Assembly: GCF_006345805.1 (NCBI RefSeq)
Contig: NC_042998.1
Location: 86,676,001-86,740,000, forward strand
Length of the DNA: 64,000 bases
Reading direction: 5' to 3'
From: Octopus sinensis
Taxonomy: Eukaryota
Positions 62,172 through 64,000 of this stretch are shown piece after piece. How positions within the stretch are numbered: the first letter of the stretch is position 1; every line of letters starts with the position of its first letter. The notes beneath the pieces are model-generated. The model had not been told where the DNA came from, ran no database searches, and saw nothing but the letters and a program-made list of their open reading frames with translations. The position numbers and the translations under genes were made by a program.

Positions 62172-63954
62172 TTTTATTATTACCCACAAGGGGCGAACAT
62201 AGAGGGGACAATACAATCGGGGAACTTAAAATAAGAAAGCGAATGACAAGAAAAGGAAAAAATAAAAGTAAAAAATGACATATGAAAGAATATTTACAAT
62301 GAGATGTAAATGCCCACTCGATCCCCGGAATCGAGAGGTTACATTTTCGTCACATATATTTCACAATATTTTCTTTTTTCTCTTCTTTCTTCTCTCTCTT
62401 CTCACAATTCTATACATATTCCATGATAGCTTTCAATTCTCTAAAGTCCATCACTGAGCCCTCAGGCAGCCGCTCTCTCACTCGAACACTCGTGTAAAAC
62501 GTTACACTCTCTCCGGCAGCTCTGAGGAACTCAGCGACTCTTTCTTCGGGGATTAGAGCAGTCTCCTGCCACTGATCGGTCATCCTGTTGACCCATATAT
62601 GTCCCTCCGTATTACATGTCAAGTCTTTCATTTCAGGGCAGAAATGGAAGGTTACTAACTTGTAGAAGCAGTAATCTTGTTTCCGTCCTACGTTTTCCTT
62701 CATTTTTCTTTTCGGGCTTATTTCTTCCTTGTTCTCCTCTCTTTGTTTCTCTCTTTCTCTCTTTTTGCCTTCTTTTCTTTCTCCTTCTTTCTCTTGTCTT
62801 TTTGGTTCTTTGTCTGTTCTCTCTTTCTCTCGTGTTTTATGTTCCTTTTCTTTTTCTTTTTGTGTGCCGTCTTTTCTTTTCGTTTGATTCTGATCTCTCT
62901 CTTGTTTTTTTCCTGTTGTTTCTTTTTTTTTTTTTTCCTGACTCTGTTTTGGTTCTATTTCTTTCTTTTCTTTTATTTCTTTTTCCTTCATTGACTTATT
63001 ATTTCCTTTCTCTTGTTGTTTTGTTTCCTTTTCTATGTTTTCTTTTTCATTTACCGTATTCTTCTTTTCTTCAAGTTCCTGCTCGCACTCCGCTACGAAT
63101 TCGTATAACGGGCACTCTTTTTTAATGTGCCCCCTTGTCCCGTACAAGTAACAGTTTGGTTTTCTTCCCTCTACAATTACACTGAGGGTTTTTTTCATCT
63201 TCAATTTCTATTCTGTAGGGGAACCTTTCAATGTCCTCTTTTGTGGCCATCAAACACAGTTCGACCCCATATCCTCTCCAGTTTACCGCGTTGGACTCCT
63301 TAAAGGATTCCACCTCCACTTCCTCTTCTGCTGCTCCTAGAATAGCTGTTGCCAGCCATTCTGTTTTCACTTCTGGGGGTATATTCGGGATTTTAACCCG
63401 GACCCCTCTTCTTCCCTTGTATGAGGGCCACATTATAAATTGTTCGGCTCTTAGTACAGTGGTAGCCAGTGAGGCTGCAATTTCTTCCGTTGCACATCTC
63501 ACCTCCACCGTACCAAATTTCTTGCCTCTACTCACGTAGGTTGATTTCCCCATTATGTCTCCCAGACATTTTTCGATTTCGGCTATCTCCACTCTTGCCA
63601 GTTTCTTCGTATTTTTGTCTTGGGTTCTATATGTCACTGTCTTGTTTTCTTTGTCCTCTTTTGCTTTCGCGGGGGGGGGTTAGCTTCACGCTATCACCCT
63701 CCCTTTTGAAGAGCTTTTCATATTCTTTGAGTTTACTCTTCTCAAAGAAAACATCCTTCACGATTATCGATGAATCATTATTTTTTTTTCCCGTGACCCC
63801 CGCGTAAGTCGCCATGACTAGAGGGTCAATTCACCTTCTTCGGAACGTTTCCACACGTGGAGGCAAACGCCTCGCGCGATAATAATCAATTTACACAGAA
63901 CAAAGTTTCACTGTCTAGTCACAGATAACAACACGTATAGCTTGGAGCCAGGTG
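62172..63954 (-). mobile_element. ORF1-only Tx1-like element D (half-LINE)
   Basis: ORF1 at 63815-62410 is homologous to B over its full length, with two frameshifts in homopolymers. It has the same 47-nt terminus and is flanked by the 17-nt direct repeat TAGCTTGGAGCCAGGTG (62154-62170 and 63938-63954). Confidence 0.85.
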
Positions 63955-64000
63955 TGAAAATCTTTTTTCTCTACATTGTATACTTTATAGACAATAGTCT
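63955..64000 (-). pseudogene. Upstream part of the older Tx1-like ORF1 interrupted by the array
   Basis: Translates TIVYKVYNVEKKDFH, homologous to KTITYRTQD (B) and RIIYKTYN (C). It runs off the window. Confidence 0.6.

Noticed and set aside
1-64000. CRISPR arrays, rRNA or prokaryotic operons
   Set aside because: No repeat-spacer arrays or rRNA-like sequence were seen; the window is eukaryotic intronic DNA.

Overview
This is AT-rich, microsatellite-dense eukaryotic DNA. The repeat repertoire looks cephalopod (Octopus-like), which is an inference. The only host gene found is a + strand cadherin-superfamily gene, present as five small exons (2915-3087, 4290-4322, 7351-7449, 28168-28254, 48123-48238) plus a candidate 12-nt microexon (29760-29771). 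The exons splice into about 1.5 recognisable cadherin (EC) repeats. Almost everything else is intronic transposon sequence: a Penelope-like GIY-YIG fragment with a hammerhead-like motif, an LTR-like segment, five R4/Dong-clade non-LTR elements each bounded by (TAA)n, RTE relics, a young CR1-group LINE with a SINE sharing its 3' tail, a mariner relic and Tx1/L1-like elements. The most unusual structure is at 52015-64000. It is a head-to-tail array of four Tx1-like elements, and every 3' end abuts an AC(C/A)TGGC motif that also occurs at the elements' own 5' ends. Two of the four are ORF1-only 'half-LINEs'. The whole array appears to split, in exact protein register, the ORF1 of an older relative.
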